NCBI GenBank assembly: GCA_965215885.1
Contig: CBDCEW010000008.1
Location: 1 to 13,301, forward strand
Direction: 5' to 3'
Origin: Candidatus Moanibacter sp.
GTDB lineage: Bacteria; Verrucomicrobiota; Verrucomicrobiia; Opitutales; UBA2987
Length of the DNA: 13,301 nucleotides
Of the stretch, positions 13,100 to 13,301 are shown piece by piece; position 1 is the first letter of the stretch; the number at the start of each line of letters is the position of its first letter. Below the pieces are notes generated by a model. The model was not told where the DNA came from and ran no database searches. It worked only from the letters and a program-made list of their open reading frames with translations. The translations under genes and the position numbers were made by a program.

Positions 13100-13301
13100 C
13101 ACGGTATTTTGATTCTCGGAGCATTAGGTGATGATATTGATGGCCTTATGTAAGTTAAAGACGAAATCATCACAGAGTGCGGGAGTGGATTCAGCGCCCA
13201 TGGAAGACTTGAGGCTGAGAACCAGTTGCCTGCATGCAGCAAGAATTCTGGCTGCGTTATGATTACGGATCATACATCGATCTTCATCGAAGAAGCGATC
13301 C
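13100..13301 (-). mobile_element. ISAs1-family IS, copy 2 (right end; truncated by the window), inverted relative to copy 1
   Basis: The 202 bp are the exact reverse complement of 4531-4732; identity stops exactly at the IS terminus CACGG. Confidence 0.96.
13124..13301 (-). CDS. ISAs1 transposase C-terminus (partial, copy 2)
   Basis: Encodes DRFFDEDRCMIRNHNAARILAACRQLVLSLK..AINIIT*, identical to copy 1. Confidence 0.9.
   Translation of the reverse strand, partial: DRFFDEDRCMIRNHNAARILAACRQLVLSLKSSMGAESTPALCDDFVFNLHKAINIIT

Noticed and set aside
12994..13242. ORFs 12994-13242 (-) and 4590-5006 (+) sharing the N-terminus MLHAGNWFSASS
   Set aside because: Off-frame readings of the duplicated IS end that diverge exactly at the IS terminus; not a gene family.
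1..13301. CRISPR array, tRNA or rRNA genes
   Set aside because: No regularly spaced DNA repeats or RNA gene signatures seen; the periodicity at ~5700-6660 is protein-level propeller repeats.

Overview
Bacterial, IS-saturated locus; about 8.8 of 13.3 kb (~66%) is mobile DNA. The only backbone genes are a membrane sensor histidine kinase, split by an insertion, and a secreted 8-blade PQQ-like beta-propeller/Ig-domain protein whose style suggests Verrucomicrobiota/Opitutae (inference). Four complete insertion sequences and one partial copy can be delimited. (1) An ISAs1-family element (916-4732, 10-bp TSD TCTTGGAAGA) sits inside the kinase gene; its transposase has an N-terminal DUF4338/DruA-like domain and needs a -1 frameshift at CCCCCTTTTT. 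(2) An IS5/ISNCY-like element (2511-4429) is nested inside that transposase. (3) A complete IS66 (8175-10576, 8-bp TSD GACACTTC). (4) A 2374-bp element of a poorly characterised family (10617-12990; 741-aa DDE-like protein, imperfect TIRs, AACCT duplication). (5) The end of a second, identical, inverted ISAs1 copy (13100 to window end). Elements 3-5 all lie in one ~176-bp intergenic spacer. The most interesting signals are the 741-aa element, the DUF4338-transposase fusion with its frameshift, and an IS-supplied TAATG restart in frame with the sensor-less kinase core. All family calls come from motif recognition by eye, not database searches.
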